Shown: positions 1 through 16,305 of the stretch, piece by piece
Layout: each line of letters opens with the position of its first letter
Position numbering within the stretch: position 1 is the first letter of the stretch
NCBI RefSeq assembly: GCF_009914755.1
Contig: NC_060936.1
Direction: 5' to 3' (one strand)
Source: the human T2T-CHM13v2.0 reference genome, Homo sapiens
Length of the DNA stretch: 64,000 bases
The notes under the pieces: model-generated
What the model saw: only the letters and a program-made list of their open reading frames with translations
The model's database searches: none
What the model was told of the DNA's origin: nothing
Position numbers and translations under genes: made by a program

Positions 1-249
1 TGAGACCCATAAAATATCATCAAAATTATTACATATCACCATAAGAGGTTAAATATTTCTCTTCTAATTTTGGACTCTAAATTACTTCCATCAGACATCA
101 AGGCATAGCAAAGTTCTTTGAAGAACTCGTGCAATATACTTAATCTTATCAACAACATATACAAATTGCTCTTCCTTCACAACCTCCTAAACAAATTCTA
201 TGTGATAAAACTCAGAGACTTTATCTTCTGAAAAAGGATAAAAAATGTC

Positions 250-351
250 TTGGAACTACATTGGGAACAATGGTGTCAGGTACTTCTAACCACTAACACA
301 GCAGTTTAACTCCATAGTGTAAATCCTTGGATTCATGTGCCCTTGCTAAAA
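250..351 (+). pseudogene. Gammaretrovirus-like integrase C-terminal (GPY/F module) remnant
   Basis: Translates LELHWEQWCQVLLTTNTAV*LHSVNPWIHVPLLK, similar to the class-I pattern L.PRWKGPY.VLLTTPTAVK..GI..WIH.S.LK; contains an in-frame stop. Confidence 0.85.
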
Positions 352-1699
352 ATCACACAAAGTTTCAAACTTCCTTTGTACTGTACTGCCATTCCATTGA
401 GAGATTTAACATAAGGATTCTTAAGAATGTTTCAGAAGCAGATAGTCAGAAGAAGACGTCTTCAAACCAAGAGCTTCAGATCAAGAAGACAACAGCATGA
501 TGTAGAAAACATCCACCCCAAACCTACAGAACTAGATCTAGCTCACTGGGGCTGCAGATTGCCATGCATGCCTTTGTTTTTTGTTTTCCTAGTTGATTTC
601 TTTCCTTTTTGCTGAGTTAAGGTTTTATATTTTAAATAAACACTTGTTATTTTTAATGTAATACTTACAAAATTTTATATATAATATGTCTTTATGCATT
701 CTTAATTACTCTTTGGTATGGGTCCAATCCCTGGCTGCATACTTTTCATGATTTGGACAAATGTACAATCAAACTGACTGATTTGTACATATCTCTGAAT
801 GTTAATCAGTTCTCTTAAGTATTAATGCCTAAAACACATTTGTTTTCACTAATTATTAGACTGAACCATAACATGAGTTTTATCTAGCAAATAGCATAAT
901 AGTTCAGGTAAACAAAAATGTAAAACCATCTGTCGTACAATACCTACAAGAAGAGGTTTCTGTTTTCACGAAAATAACAGCCAAGATCCATTTGTAATAA
1001 ATAGACCTGATAATCAAACTTTTATAGGGATTAGGCTCAGATGAAAAACAGGAAATACATGTTTTATAGTTTACCTCTTACATTTACAGACCTTACAAAG
1101 AAGGCTTCCTATGTAAGTTAAAAAACTGATTTCCTATCAGATTGAATCATTAATCTATTTAATAATGTCATCACTTTATGGTCTTCTGCCTAGTACCTAA
1201 CTACTTCTGAATAGAAATGAAACCATATAATGAAATCGAGATACTCCATTAAGCTATTTCAGTCAAGATCACATCATTTAGTAGAAATCAATGACTATTA
1301 TTGAATTTGTGTGCCCCCCCACACACGAAAAAAAGGTTATTGGCTACTACCAGAAAACCTGACAAGATCTTATCTCAGGATACTTATATCTGTCTGCAGG
1401 ATAGTCTCTAAAATAACACAGTTTCCATTTTGACCCTCTAGTTCTCCTTCTTTGAAAAATAGCTTGCTTTAAGAAAAGAAAAACTGGCCTCAATTAGAGG
1501 TTCAATTCCTAACTTATTCAGTGAAAAATTCTAGACAACTTTTTTCTGTCCTCAAGACTTTTTATATTATTCTTTGAAAGAGATATAGAATATAAGGAAA
1601 TTCTTATCTGTCATAGTTCAATAATTGAAAGAGAAGCTAAACAACCTCAGTAAGCGCATAGATTTGCTCTCATAAGAAGTTTATGAGATTGGAACATGT

Positions 1700-2030
1700 T
1701 GATTTAAAATAGAGCAGTCCTAGACAGAATATTGACATGGTGGTACATGTGCTACTTCAGAGGAATAATTGAGGTGGCACATGTGCTATTTCAGAGGAAT
1801 AATTGTTATAGCATCCCTACAGATTTTTATGAGACCTTTAATACTACTAAGAAGATGACAAATAAATGAGGAAATCATGAAATTAATTAACTAATAGCCT
1901 CATATTTGTTCTGCAGGCTCTTCATATTGGGGATGGAATCTGTTATCTTGGTTTAATTTAGGCACTGTTGGATTTCAGTTTAGCAGTCAGCTACAAATCT
2001 TGATTATAATTATTCTAGTATTTGTCTAAG
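1700..2030 (+). pseudogene. Retroviral env TM subunit remnant (ISD, Cys loop, membrane anchor)
   Basis: NRAVLD at 1708-1725; GGTCA..EE at 1739 and 1773; CYSIP; hydrophobic QLQILIIIILVFV at 1988-2026; frameshifts and stops. Confidence 0.75.
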
Positions 2031-2256
2031 TGGCATGGTTTAAATGCTGTTGTTCAGCCACTGCTCCATCAAGTAATCCAAAAAACTGACCTGCCAAAAA
2101 GAACAAGAAAACCTGACATATATAGCAGTTGAAATGACTACCAGCAAAAACTTGCTGTGTAATTATGACTTTCCAAAGAATTTATATAGACCTGAACTGA
2201 TCATTTCCCCAGATGATAATGGTCTATCCTTTAGCCTGGGCTGGAAAATGATGACA

Positions 2257-2771
2257 TGTAGAGGTGAAGAATTGAAACAACGTGTGTCACTATGACTTAG
2301 TTGAGATTGTATATTACCTGTGTCAACATGAGTTAGTTGTTTGTTCCAGGAAATTTTGCCAAGAAAAAAATAAAGATGTAAACCAATAAATCATTGTTTG
2401 TTTATGTAAATTTCCAAAGATCAATTTATTAGAGGCAATAGACTGTTCACCTGAGAGAATAACTTGTTTGTCACCCATAGTTTATTTATCAAGACTTGCT
2501 TCATCACCCTTGTTTCTCTGTGTCCACCAAATCTAAACTATTATATCATTAATTTTGTCTAAACCTAATTAGTTCCCCATCTTTCCAGACTCATCTTCAA
2601 CAACTTCATCTTATATAACAATGACCTATAAATATTCCACTTCTGAACTCTCCTTCCCAAAACAATACCAAGACTATATTAAGGTGGTGTGCTACCCAAT
2701 GAAGAAAATTCTAGTAAATTTTGCTTTCCTTTATTAATAGATTGTTTGGTGATATTTAGTAGAACTCAACA
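2257..2771 (+). mobile_element. 3' LTR of the ERV1 provirus (MER34-like)
   Basis: TG...CA ends (tgtagagg...ctcaaca); end ttgtttggtgatattt...caaca resembles MER34/MER39-type LTRs; TATA-like cctataaat. Confidence 0.7.
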
Positions 2772-2896
2772 TAAACTACTTCATTTGGTTGGCCATCAAA
2801 GTCTCATTCTTCAGTGTCATTGTTCATTGTTTGCCTCACTTCTAAAACTTCCAATACCCCCTCTTTTCTCCTCTTTTGCTAAGAATGACCAACTCA

Positions 2897-4545
2897 TTTT
2901 ACTTTTTAAATTTTTTTTAAATTTTTGTGAGTACATGGTCAGTGTATATATTTATGGGGTACATAAGATATTTTTATACAGGTATGTAATGCATAATCAT
3001 CAAATATGGAAAATGGGGTATCCATCTCCTCAAGTATTTATTCTTTGTGTTACAATCAAATTATATTCTTTTAGTTATTTTAAAATGTTACAATTAAATT
3101 ATTATTGACCCTAGTCCCTGTTGTGCTATCAAACACTAGACCTTATTCATTCATTCTATTTTTGTATCTATTAACCGTCTCCACTTCTGTCTCACCACAC
3201 CCCACAACTACCTTTCCAAGCCCTCTTGTTACCATCTTTCTATTCTCTGTCTCCTTGGGTTCCATTGTTTTGATATTTAGATCCCACAAATAAGTGAGAA
3301 CATGTGACATTTGTCTTTCTGTGTCTGGCTTATTTTTCTTAACATAATGAACTCCAGTTCCGTCCATGTTGTTGCAAATAACCGAATCTTATTTTTTTAT
3401 GGCTGAATTTACTCCATTGTGTCTAAGTACCACATTTTCTTTATCCATTATTCTGTCAATGAAGACACATTGCTTCCAAATCTTGGTTGTTGTGAACAAA
3501 GCTGCAACAAACCTGGGAGTGCAGATATCTCTTTGATCTACTTGTTTTCTTTCTTTTGGGTATGTACCAGCAGTATAATTGCTGAATTGTTTGGTAGCTC
3601 TATTTTTAGTTTTATGAGGACCGTCCAAACTGTTTTTCTCCAAACTGTTTTAGTTTTATGAGGACGCTCCAAACTGTTTTGTACTAATTTGCACTCCTAC
3701 CAACAGTGTACAAGTGATCCTTTTACTCCACATTCTCATCAGCATTTGTTATTGTCTGTCTTTTGGATAGGAGCCATTTTAACTGGAGTGAGATGTTGTC
3801 TCATTGTAGTTTTGATTTGCATTTCTCTGATTAAGTCCAATGTTTCTTTGTTGATTTTCTGTCTGAAAGATATGTTTAAAGCTGAAAGTGGGGCGTTGAT
3901 GACTCCAGCTATAATTGTATTAGAATCTATCTCTCTCTTTACCTCTAATAAAATTTGCTTTTATATCTGGGTGCTCCAGTATTGGATACCATATATATTT
4001 TAAATTGTTGTATCTTTTTAATTAATTGACTTTTTTATCATTATATGGTGATCTTCTTTGTCTCTTCTTATAGTTTTTGTCTTGAAATCTATTTTGACTG
4101 ATATAAATATAGCTACTCCTGGTCTTTTTTGGTTTCTATTGGCATGGAGTATCTTCTTCCATCTCTATTTTCAATGTAGGTGCATCTTTATAGGTGAAGT
4201 GTATTTCTTGTAGGCAACAAATCAATAGATCTTGGTTTTCATCCATTCAGCCACTCTATGTCTTTTGATTGGAGACTTTAGTCCATTACATTGAATGTTA
4301 TTACTGATAAGTAAGGACTTACTCCCGCCATTTTATTATTTGTTTTCTCATTGCTTTGTGGCATTCTCTTCTTTGTTTATTTCCTTCCTGTCTTCCTTTT
4401 AGTGAAAGTTGTTTTCTATGGCAGTATGATTTAGTTTCTTGCTTCATATTTTTTGTATATCCATTGTATGCTTTTTGGTTTGAGGTTAACATGAGGCTTG
4501 CAAATACTATCTTATACCAATTATTTTAAGCTGATCACAACCTAA
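2897..4545 (-). mobile_element. L1MA element, 3' UTR/ORF2 end fused to the ORF2 5' region (large internal deletion near 3830)
   Basis: Antisense L1MA 3' end (ttttgtgagtacat...ggggtacat), then an abrupt switch to endonuclease-region sequence. Confidence 0.85.
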
Positions 4546-4546
4546 A

Positions 4547-4906
<360 letters not shown>

Positions 4907-4992
4907 TTACGAGCTTGTCACCAAAGATCTTTATTTCCTTTTCCAACACCCCTCCACCAGCACCATTTGTTTTTCTCCTGATTACATTTTAG

Positions 4993-5413
<421 letters not shown>

Positions 5414-6173
5414 CATAAGCTTCTTGAGAGCAGGAACTGATTTATTCATTAATGTACTCCTGGATATTTAACACAGAGTTTGACCTATTGTTCATTATCA
5501 CTAAATATTAGATCTTGAGGGTTTTGAATATTTAAGATATTTTCATAAATTTTATATTTTTGAATGCTTTGTTAGTGTGAGGCATTGTGTAGAATAATTC
5601 ATGACATGTATCTTCATGAAGAGGTGACATTTTGGTTAATTCAGAAAGGAAGTTAAAGTTTACAATTGAAAAAAATTAAAGAAATATGATAAAAACATTG
5701 TAACCAAATTAATTCTTCAGATTAGCTTAGCCAAACACCCTTTAATAATCTGTCATGATCTTCCATTAGGTATCTAGGGGTCCTAGATAAGCAAATGTAA
5801 AGACTTGAGAAAACTGTGCCTTTCAACACTAGAAAAATGTGATTATTATAAAATTAAAGGATAATCTGTTCAGGAACCAGCACTATAGGACAGTGTTACA
5901 ATTTTTAGGAAATACAAGATAAAAGCATATTTTGTCTCCCACTGCTTTGATATATTTTTAGTCGAGTCTGAGCAAATATTCTCTCTTTTTTTCTGTTTGT
6001 GTGTCTGCAAACAGAAATCTCATTAAAATGTCTACCAGAAATACTATGGAATTAGATGCTAGATTAAAGACAAGAACATTGGATTCCTAAGTGCTGTGGA
6101 AGATAAAGTTTTAATAATAAAAGTAAACTCAAACCTATGACACATCTTATTTTCTTTATTTTTGAAAACTTAG

Positions 6174-6187
6174 GTTACCATGACAAC
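6174..6187. promoter_or_regulatory. RFX X-box-like motif GTTACCATGACAAC
   Basis: Reverse complement GTTGTCATGGTAAC fits the 14-bp X-box; lies in non-repeat DNA; motif match only. Confidence 0.4.
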
Positions 6188-6965
6188 AAAGTAACCTGAG
6201 GAATCCAATAGTTCATTAATTCAATTAAGTTTTTTTTTTTTTCTCCAAGAAAACAGAAGATTTTGTTCTCCTTCAAGAATTTATAAACCGCAGGGCAAAA
6301 TCTGCCATAAAATCATTTAAAATGAAAATCTCCAATTAAAGCAATGCATCTTTTAGAAATAATATCTGCCAGAAATTTCAAAATCCTACTGAGTCTTGAA
6401 ATTATTAGTTCCTCTATTTAATCCCCAGGCATCTTGAATTTCAATACTTTTAAATAATTCCTCTGACAATACCAAATAGAACTAAGTGTAAAATGACAAC
6501 AATTAGCTACGAATTAGCATTTCAAATGACAATGTAAAAGCTCAGTATTATTTGAGATGCAGCCAAAATATTACAGGATAGAGAAGTGACATTCTTCCCT
6601 TATTAATTAGGGAATATTAGTGGGAATATTAATATAGTGCAATATTAGTGGTTCTAATATTGCACACTACTTTAGGAATTTGAATAGTTTTCTTTAAAAT
6701 GTTAATGCAGCTCCTAGTTTCTAAAGTTTTTCCATCAATACTGCTTCAATAGCAAGATTATTCTTCAATCCAGCCATGTTAAGTATTACATATAACTTCA
6801 AATATAGTATATTTTAGCCTATCCATTTGTGTTGCTGACAACAAAACATAATGTGAAGGTCAATCAAATTATGACAAGGAGAATACGAGCAAAATAATAT
6901 TTTAAACATTTGTGTGACTCTCACTTATCTAGCTAAATACACTAGCCTCTTTATTATTTTATTCA

Positions 6966-7971
6966 TTTTTTTTTCTTTTACAACTTTTATTTTGTGTATA
7001 AGGGGCATATACACAGGTTTGTTACATGGGTAAATTAAGTGTTGCTGGGGTTTGGTGTACAAATCACTTCATCACCCAGGTAGTTGCACAGAACCCAATA
7101 GGTAGTTTTTCAACCCTTACCTTCCTCTCACCCTCCACCCTCAAGTAGGCCCTGGTGTCTACTGTTTCCCTCTTTGTGTCCATGTGTTCTCATCATTTAG
7201 CTCACGTTTATAAATGAGAACATGTGGTGTTTGGTTTTCTGTTTCTGCATTAATTTTCCCAGTATAATGGCATCTGGTTGCATATATGCTGCTACAAAGG
7301 ACATGATTTCATTTTTTTACGGCTGCATAGTATTCCATGATGTATATGTGCCATATTTTATCTAGTCTATCACTGATGGACATTTAGGTTGATATCATCA
7401 TGTCTTTGCTATTATGAATAGTGCTGCAGGGAACATACATGTGTTTTTTTGGTAGAATGATTTATATTCCTTTGGTACATACCCAGTAATAGGCTTGCTG
7501 GGTCGAATGGTAACTCTGTTTTAATTTCTTTGAGAAATCTCCAAACTGCTTTCCTTAGTGGCTGAACTAATTTGCATTCACATCAGGAGTATATAAGTGT
7601 TTCTTTTTCTCTGCAACCTTGCCAATATCTGTAATTTTTTGACTTTTTAATAATAGCCATATTGACTGCTGTGAAATGGTATGTTATTGTGGTCTTGATT
7701 TGCATTTCTTTAGTGATTAGTGATGTTGAGCATTTTTTCATAAGCTTCTTGGCTGCATGCATCTCTTTTGAAAAGTATCTGTTCATGCCCTTTTTGCCTA
7801 CTTTTTAACAGTGCTGTTTGCTTTTTTCCTGCTAAATTAAGTTCCTTATAGATTCTGGATATTAAACCTTTGTTTGATGCATAGTTTGCAAATATTTTCT
7901 CCCATTCCATAGGTTGCCTGTTTACTCTGCTGATAGTTTCTTTTGCTGTACAGAAGCTCTTTAGTTTAATT
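6966..7971 (-). mobile_element. 5'-truncated L1PA (old, PA15/16-like)
   Basis: Antisense L1 3' UTR and ORF2 end (ORFs 7583-7910 translate as ORF2 C-terminal fragments). Confidence 0.9.
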
Positions 7972-8549
7972 ACCTGAATAAACTTGATCCATGCTTAGGG
8001 TTTACATAATCAAGTCCCTTTTTAATCTTTTTTGAGATTATATAAACATCAACAATAGTAAACTTCTATAGAAGAAATTAGGTTGGGCCCAATTTATTAC
8101 CTTTCCACGTCCAGTTAGCATCATTTAGATACACTATGAGTTTCTTATCAAGTTGATAGCTATGAGTCTAATAAAGATGACATTAAAATATAAATGTAAA
8201 GAATTCATATATTACAAATTTACTGAATTTTATTTGTTCTAAAACATAGCTTTGTGACTATATACATATATAGATACATATATGACATATATGATACACG
8301 TATACACATAAATGATATATTTATTTACCATCCTTTGTACCTGAAAGAATATTATTAAAGACAGTAATGGTTACATGTAGCTGTGATTTCAAATCTGAAA
8401 TATGATGTATTTTTAAAAGAAATATACTATACAAACAGCATTGACAACTAACTTTTTGATTCTTGGGGAACATATTGCTGTTCTGTTTCCATCTCATGAG
8501 GAATTTGTCAAGTTGTCATTTGAATGCCATCACTGGGTAACAGCCAGTG

Positions 8550-8765
8550 ATACACATTGTGCCAGGCACTGTCCTAAGCATTTTTATATATATTACTATA
8601 TTTCATCCAATAAAAAATAAAAGTAATTATTATTGTTGCCATTTTACATGGTGATGAGAATGACTCAGAGGAACTGGAATATGCCTAGGGATGCAAAGAG
8701 AGTAGGATTCGGAGTAGTGATTCTCATCCAGGTCTAACTGACATCAGAGACCAGGCTCTTCACAT
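8550..8765 (-). mobile_element. MIR
   Basis: tgtgccaggcactgtcctaagc...ccattttac...gagaatgactcagag, antisense MIR core. Confidence 0.75.
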
Positions 8766-8962
8766 GCTACAACCCGTTGATCTAGCCCCTTCTCTGAAAT
8801 TTTTCTTTTGTTGGTCCTTTAGTAGTGTGTCAGTCTATTCCTGAAATGACCATAATGCTCATTCCTTAACATTTAGTAGCTTTGGGGTGTCCTAGTCATA
8901 TAACCTAAGGTAGTCCTGGGATAATGAATAAAAGGAATAAGTTGCTGACAGTCTCTCCTATT

Positions 8963-9130
8963 GAAGGTTTTCACAGTTTGCAAATAAAAATATAGACATG
9001 CAGTTTAATTTGGATTTCAGATAAAATTTGAATCTTAAATGTTGCCTGGAAAATACTTACACAAAAATTATTTGTTGTTTATCTGAAATTCAAACTTAAG
9101 TGTGTACATTGTATTTTACCTAGCTTGTAT
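8963..9130. mobile_element. MER53 palindromic hAT MITE (centrally shortened)
   Basis: Inverted arms tttggatttcagataaa / tttatctgaaattcaaa; gcaaataaaaata / tgtatttta. Confidence 0.8.
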
Positions 9131-10013
9131 CCTCATTCCTCCCCTACACAAATGTGAACAGTAACTGTGGCTCCAATACCAAATATGACTTTTGAAAATA
9201 TATTAGCGTTAATTTTTGAAAATCTTAATAGAAGAGATCATGGTTGAGGAATCCAAGGCCTATAGAGAAAAGTAATGTTAAGAGAAATAAGATCATGAGT
9301 AGACTTATAAAATGCATAAAATAATTTTACATTTGCTAAAACCAAAAAAGTACAAAAATAAATTACAGAAATATCAATGGGGATGTTAAATATCTCAGTT
9401 TTATAATAGTGCATCTTGGGAAGTTGCTTTCTATTTAACTTCGATCTTGAGATTAGTCATGAGAGGAAGAGGAGGCCACTCTGATAGTACTTACAGGAGA
9501 GAAAAAGAGGAAAGTATCATATAAATTAGATTCCAAAAGTTCATTTTTGTGTTTGTGGGTTCAGCTGGCTTCTGATTATTGGCTTTTTAAAAATTAATAT
9601 ATAATGGTTCAAGGTTTTCAGAAAGTGTTTCTCTATATTCCATTCTCTCATTCATACTCATTTATTTTTGAGAAATTATAAAATTTGAGCTAAGCAACAT
9701 TTTTTGAAGATATTCTTATCACTCTTTACAAAGTTGTAGCAATTTAGTCATGTCTTTTCTGCAGATTTCCCCTTAGAATTTGATTGCATAAATGCTCAAA
9801 GTACCAACTTCAGGTACTAAGTCTTTTTTCAGGTGAAATCAAATAAAGTTCTTGATCCCCTTCAATATGATTTCCAAAATTACGTTTGGCTTCTTTTGTA
9901 AATGTACAGTACACTTTTTCTTTAATCTGAAATACTCTGTCTCTGTACTTTTTTCTGGAAGCTGAATTCCTCCTGCCACTACCAGTATTCTCTACACTTT
10001 GGCAATGGAATAG

Positions 10014-10342
<329 letters not shown>

Positions 10343-10349
10343 GTGTTTT

Positions 10350-11469
10350 ATCACAATGAGTCACATCCTACTTGGTGTCCAAGAAAACATTACCTGGCCT
10401 CATGATATTTCTTGTCTAACACCATCAACTTCCGGTATAGCAGTAGTTCCCCTTCATTACTAATTATTCATTTAATGTCCAGCAGCCTATGTCTACATAC
10501 CCAGGCATTAATTATTCATCAAGACCTTCAATTCTTTCACTCCTCTTCAATTCTGTGTTCTATTCCTCATTCTCTCTTCCTTTCATTCCTCATTAAGCTT
10601 ATATTTCCTGTTCTATGATTACAGGCTCCCCTGGAAGATATCCTCTACTCTTCATTCTTCTCTCCTGCTGACATACATGTGTAGCAAAACTCCAAGTCTG
10701 GTTGAGGCCAAATATACTCAAGAAGCCAAAAGTTGCTTGCAAATGACATGTACCTGGGATGACTAGTTTCACTTTAAATTTCATGATCCTAGACCTCAAA
10801 GAAATTTTCAAAGCTGCTCAAGCTTCAAACCCTCTTTCCCTAGCAAGTTTGCTTCCTCACTCTGGAAATAGCAATTTTGTGCTTTTGTCTCCTCAGATCC
10901 TCTACATTCCTTTAATTAGCCTACTCTGAATAAATTCACTTTATACCTCTTTCAGAAAAAAATAGCCTTCAGACAATAACTTCCCCATCTTTCCATCACC
11001 TAATCTACATGCCTACCTGCACCATTATTTTGACTTTCTCTCCCGTTGTTACAGGGTCCCTTCTTTTATCAAAAGCCAATTCTTTAACCTAGGCCTTGAA
11101 GCACACGATTTCTTTCTTGAAACTGTGCTTCTTAGGTTGTCTTCTCTCCTTCTCCTGTATTACTAATTTCTCTTTACATTAATCATTACTTTCAGGACAT
11201 ATGCTGTTTCCTGTCTTCAAACAAACATTTATTGACATATATGAACCTCCAGCTACCAATTTATTTGTTAGAATCACTGCCATAAAACTGTCTGTAAATA
11301 TGTTTACATTTACTGTGTCTACTTCTCACTTTCTGTTTACTCTTAAACCCCCTAGCTTTGAACTGGAAATTCACAACAACCTTCAGGACGTAACTCTAAT
11401 GGACACCTTTCTATACCTATCTTACACACAGCTGTGAAAGAGTGACTTAAATGACCATTCTGCCTTTTG
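10350..11469 (+). mobile_element. L2 (ORF2 region), first segment
   Basis: CT-rich decayed L2 similarity; continues at 14547. Confidence 0.65.
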
Positions 11470-13669
<2,200 letters not shown>

Positions 13670-13866
13670 TAAAATTTAGTAAAATTAAATGGCCTGGGAA
13701 ATTGCTGTTTCATAGGATGTTAAAAATTAAAAATAAATGCTGTAGATGTGATGATTTGTGATTATAGAAATTAGTGTTTGAATTTTAAGCTTTCTAGTTA
13801 AGTAAGGGGGAGGCTAATTTTCCATGAGAGTATTTTCAGAAAGATCATCTATTAAAAACAGATATA

Positions 13867-14171
<305 letters not shown>

Positions 14172-14178
14172 TTAATAG

Positions 14179-14546
<368 letters not shown>

Positions 14547-14581
14547 TCACTCCCACTTTTTGAAATTCTCTCTTTGCTTTG

Positions 14582-15046
14582 TGTATTATTCTGCTTTTGC
14601 TGGGGTTTGCTATATTACAAACAACTGCAAAGTCTTGTTGACTTAAGAAAACTAACAACTACTTCTGACTCTAATTACATGTTTTCTGTGCCTCATGCCT
14701 AGTTACAAAGTTTCTGTGCCTTGCTTGGCATGGCTTTGCTCCAAATTATGCACTGGTTTCATACTTACAGGGTCTCAGGTTAAAGGAGCAGCTTCTCTCT
14801 GGGACATACCCTTCTTTTGGCAGGGGGCTCCAGAACAAAAACCTTGGCAGAAATTTGTAGTGCTTCTAAATCTGCTCAGATATGCTGTGCGTCATGTCTG
14901 CAGATTCTCCATTAGCCAAATAACATGACTGAGCCCAAAGTCAGTGAGATGTCAAAGTATTCTCTGCAACTTACCTGGCAATGGGCAGGGATGAATACTC
15001 TTTAAGACAGGGAGAGGTATAGCGGACACAATAATAAATCTATCAC
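14582..15046 (-). mobile_element. Old MaLR LTR (MLT1J/K-like)
   Basis: tgtattattc...ctatcaca ends; ccattagccaaataacatgactgagcccaaagtc motif. Confidence 0.6.
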
Positions 15047-15136
15047 ACTTCTGGCTTTTCTCCTTTCATTGGCTCCCTCTTTTTGATCTTTTTTATTGTT
15101 GTTGTTGCTTCTCTACCTTTTTAATGTTGAAGGACT

Positions 15137-15220
15137 TCTCGAACTCCTGACCTCAGGTGATCCACCCACCTCAGCCTCCCAAAGTGCTGGGATTACAGGC
15201 GTGAGCCACCGCTCCTGGCC
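15137..15220 (-). mobile_element. Tailless Alu 5' fragment (about 84 nt) with 18-bp TSD
   Basis: ttaatgttgaaggacttc (15121-15138) / ttaatgttgaaggatttc (15222-15239) flank Alu nt 1 to ~84; no poly(A). Confidence 0.9.
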
Positions 15221-15306
15221 CTTAATGTTGAAGGATTTCAAAGATTATTTCTAGACAACTTTTTTTTCCTTCTACTCTCTTCCTACTTTATCTCAGCCAT
15301 TCCAAT

Positions 15307-15766
15307 TGTGGGAAACATGCTCAAGTGTCCAGACCCAAAGAATGGACCAGAGGCACTAAAAACAGCAAAAGTGAGGCTTTTTAATAAAGGTCTTGCAAGA
15401 TCAGGTATCTAATGAGCAGGCACATCCCGGGCAGTCTACAACAGGTCTCATTTATCTCTTAGCATGCAAGTCCCTCCCCCAGTTCCTCACTGGTTGACGA
15501 CTATGGAGTTACAATCTTCCCGGACATCGCCTAAATTCCATTATCCCCCTTGTAAGGTTATACCCCATTCCCTTCCCCACTTAAGTTTCGATTTCCCAAT
15601 AACAAAACATTCTTCCTTTTATGGGCTGACCCCTCCTCTAAATTCTGTTCGCTTATTGTGACCTTCTAGGTGCATGAGCCACGCGGTTTTTTACATTTGC
15701 AGGCTGGCTGCCGGTGCTTAGATTTATCATGCCTTGAAAATACACCACTCAAAATGTTTTCTCACA
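15307..15766 (-). mobile_element. Solo ERV LTR (LTR47-like, family tentative)
   Basis: TG...CA ends tgtgggaaac / ttttctcaca; flanks caat / taat; reverse strand begins tgtgagaaaacatttt...caaggcatgataaatctaag. Confidence 0.7.
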
Positions 15767-15870
15767 TAATGTTTCTTAAATATTAAATCCATTTTAATGA
15801 CTCCCAAATGTACATTTTATTTTTGATTAACTTCTCCCTTGAGATACTCCAAGCAGTACCCTTGATTCAT

Positions 15871-15903
<33 letters not shown>
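15871..15903. repeat. (CA)n microsatellite
   Basis: Direct reading. Confidence 0.95.
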
Positions 15904-15904
<1 letters not shown>

Positions 15905-15930
15905 GAATCCCTTATGTTTCCATATCTCAT

Positions 15931-16305
15931 TTTATTACTCCATTCTCACACTGCTATAAAGAACTGCCCAAGACTGGGTAGTTTATAATGAAAAGAGGTG
16001 TAATTGACTCACAGTTCTGCATGGCTAGGGAGGCCTCAGGAAACTTATAATAATGGCAGAAGGGGAAGAGGCATGTCTTACATGGTGGCAGGTAAGAGAG
16101 AGTGAGTGTGAGAAGGAGGAACTGTCAGACACTTATACAACCATCAGATCTTGAGAGAACTTATTCTCTATTATGAGAACAGCATGGGGGACACCACCCC
16201 ATCATCCAGTCACCGTCCACCAGGTCTTTCCCTCAACACATGGGGATTACAGGGATTAAAATTCAAGATGAGATTTGGGTGGGGACACAAAGCCTAATCA
16301 TATCA
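15931..16305 (-). mobile_element. MST/THE1D-type solo MaLR LTR
   Basis: ccattctcacactgctataaagaactgcccaagactggg...gagatttgggtggggacac...catatca. Confidence 0.9.

Larger units (their letters stand above)
1..2256 (+). mobile_element. ERV1 (MER34/MER4-group) internal sequence, 3' half (pol end + env), decayed
   Basis: Integrase C-terminal and env TM motifs are readable in the expected order and are followed directly by an LTR. Confidence 0.8.

Noticed and set aside
8963-9130. MER53 as a miR-1302-like hairpin
   Set aside because: The arms are diverged and the centre is deleted. Nothing in the sequence supports processing.
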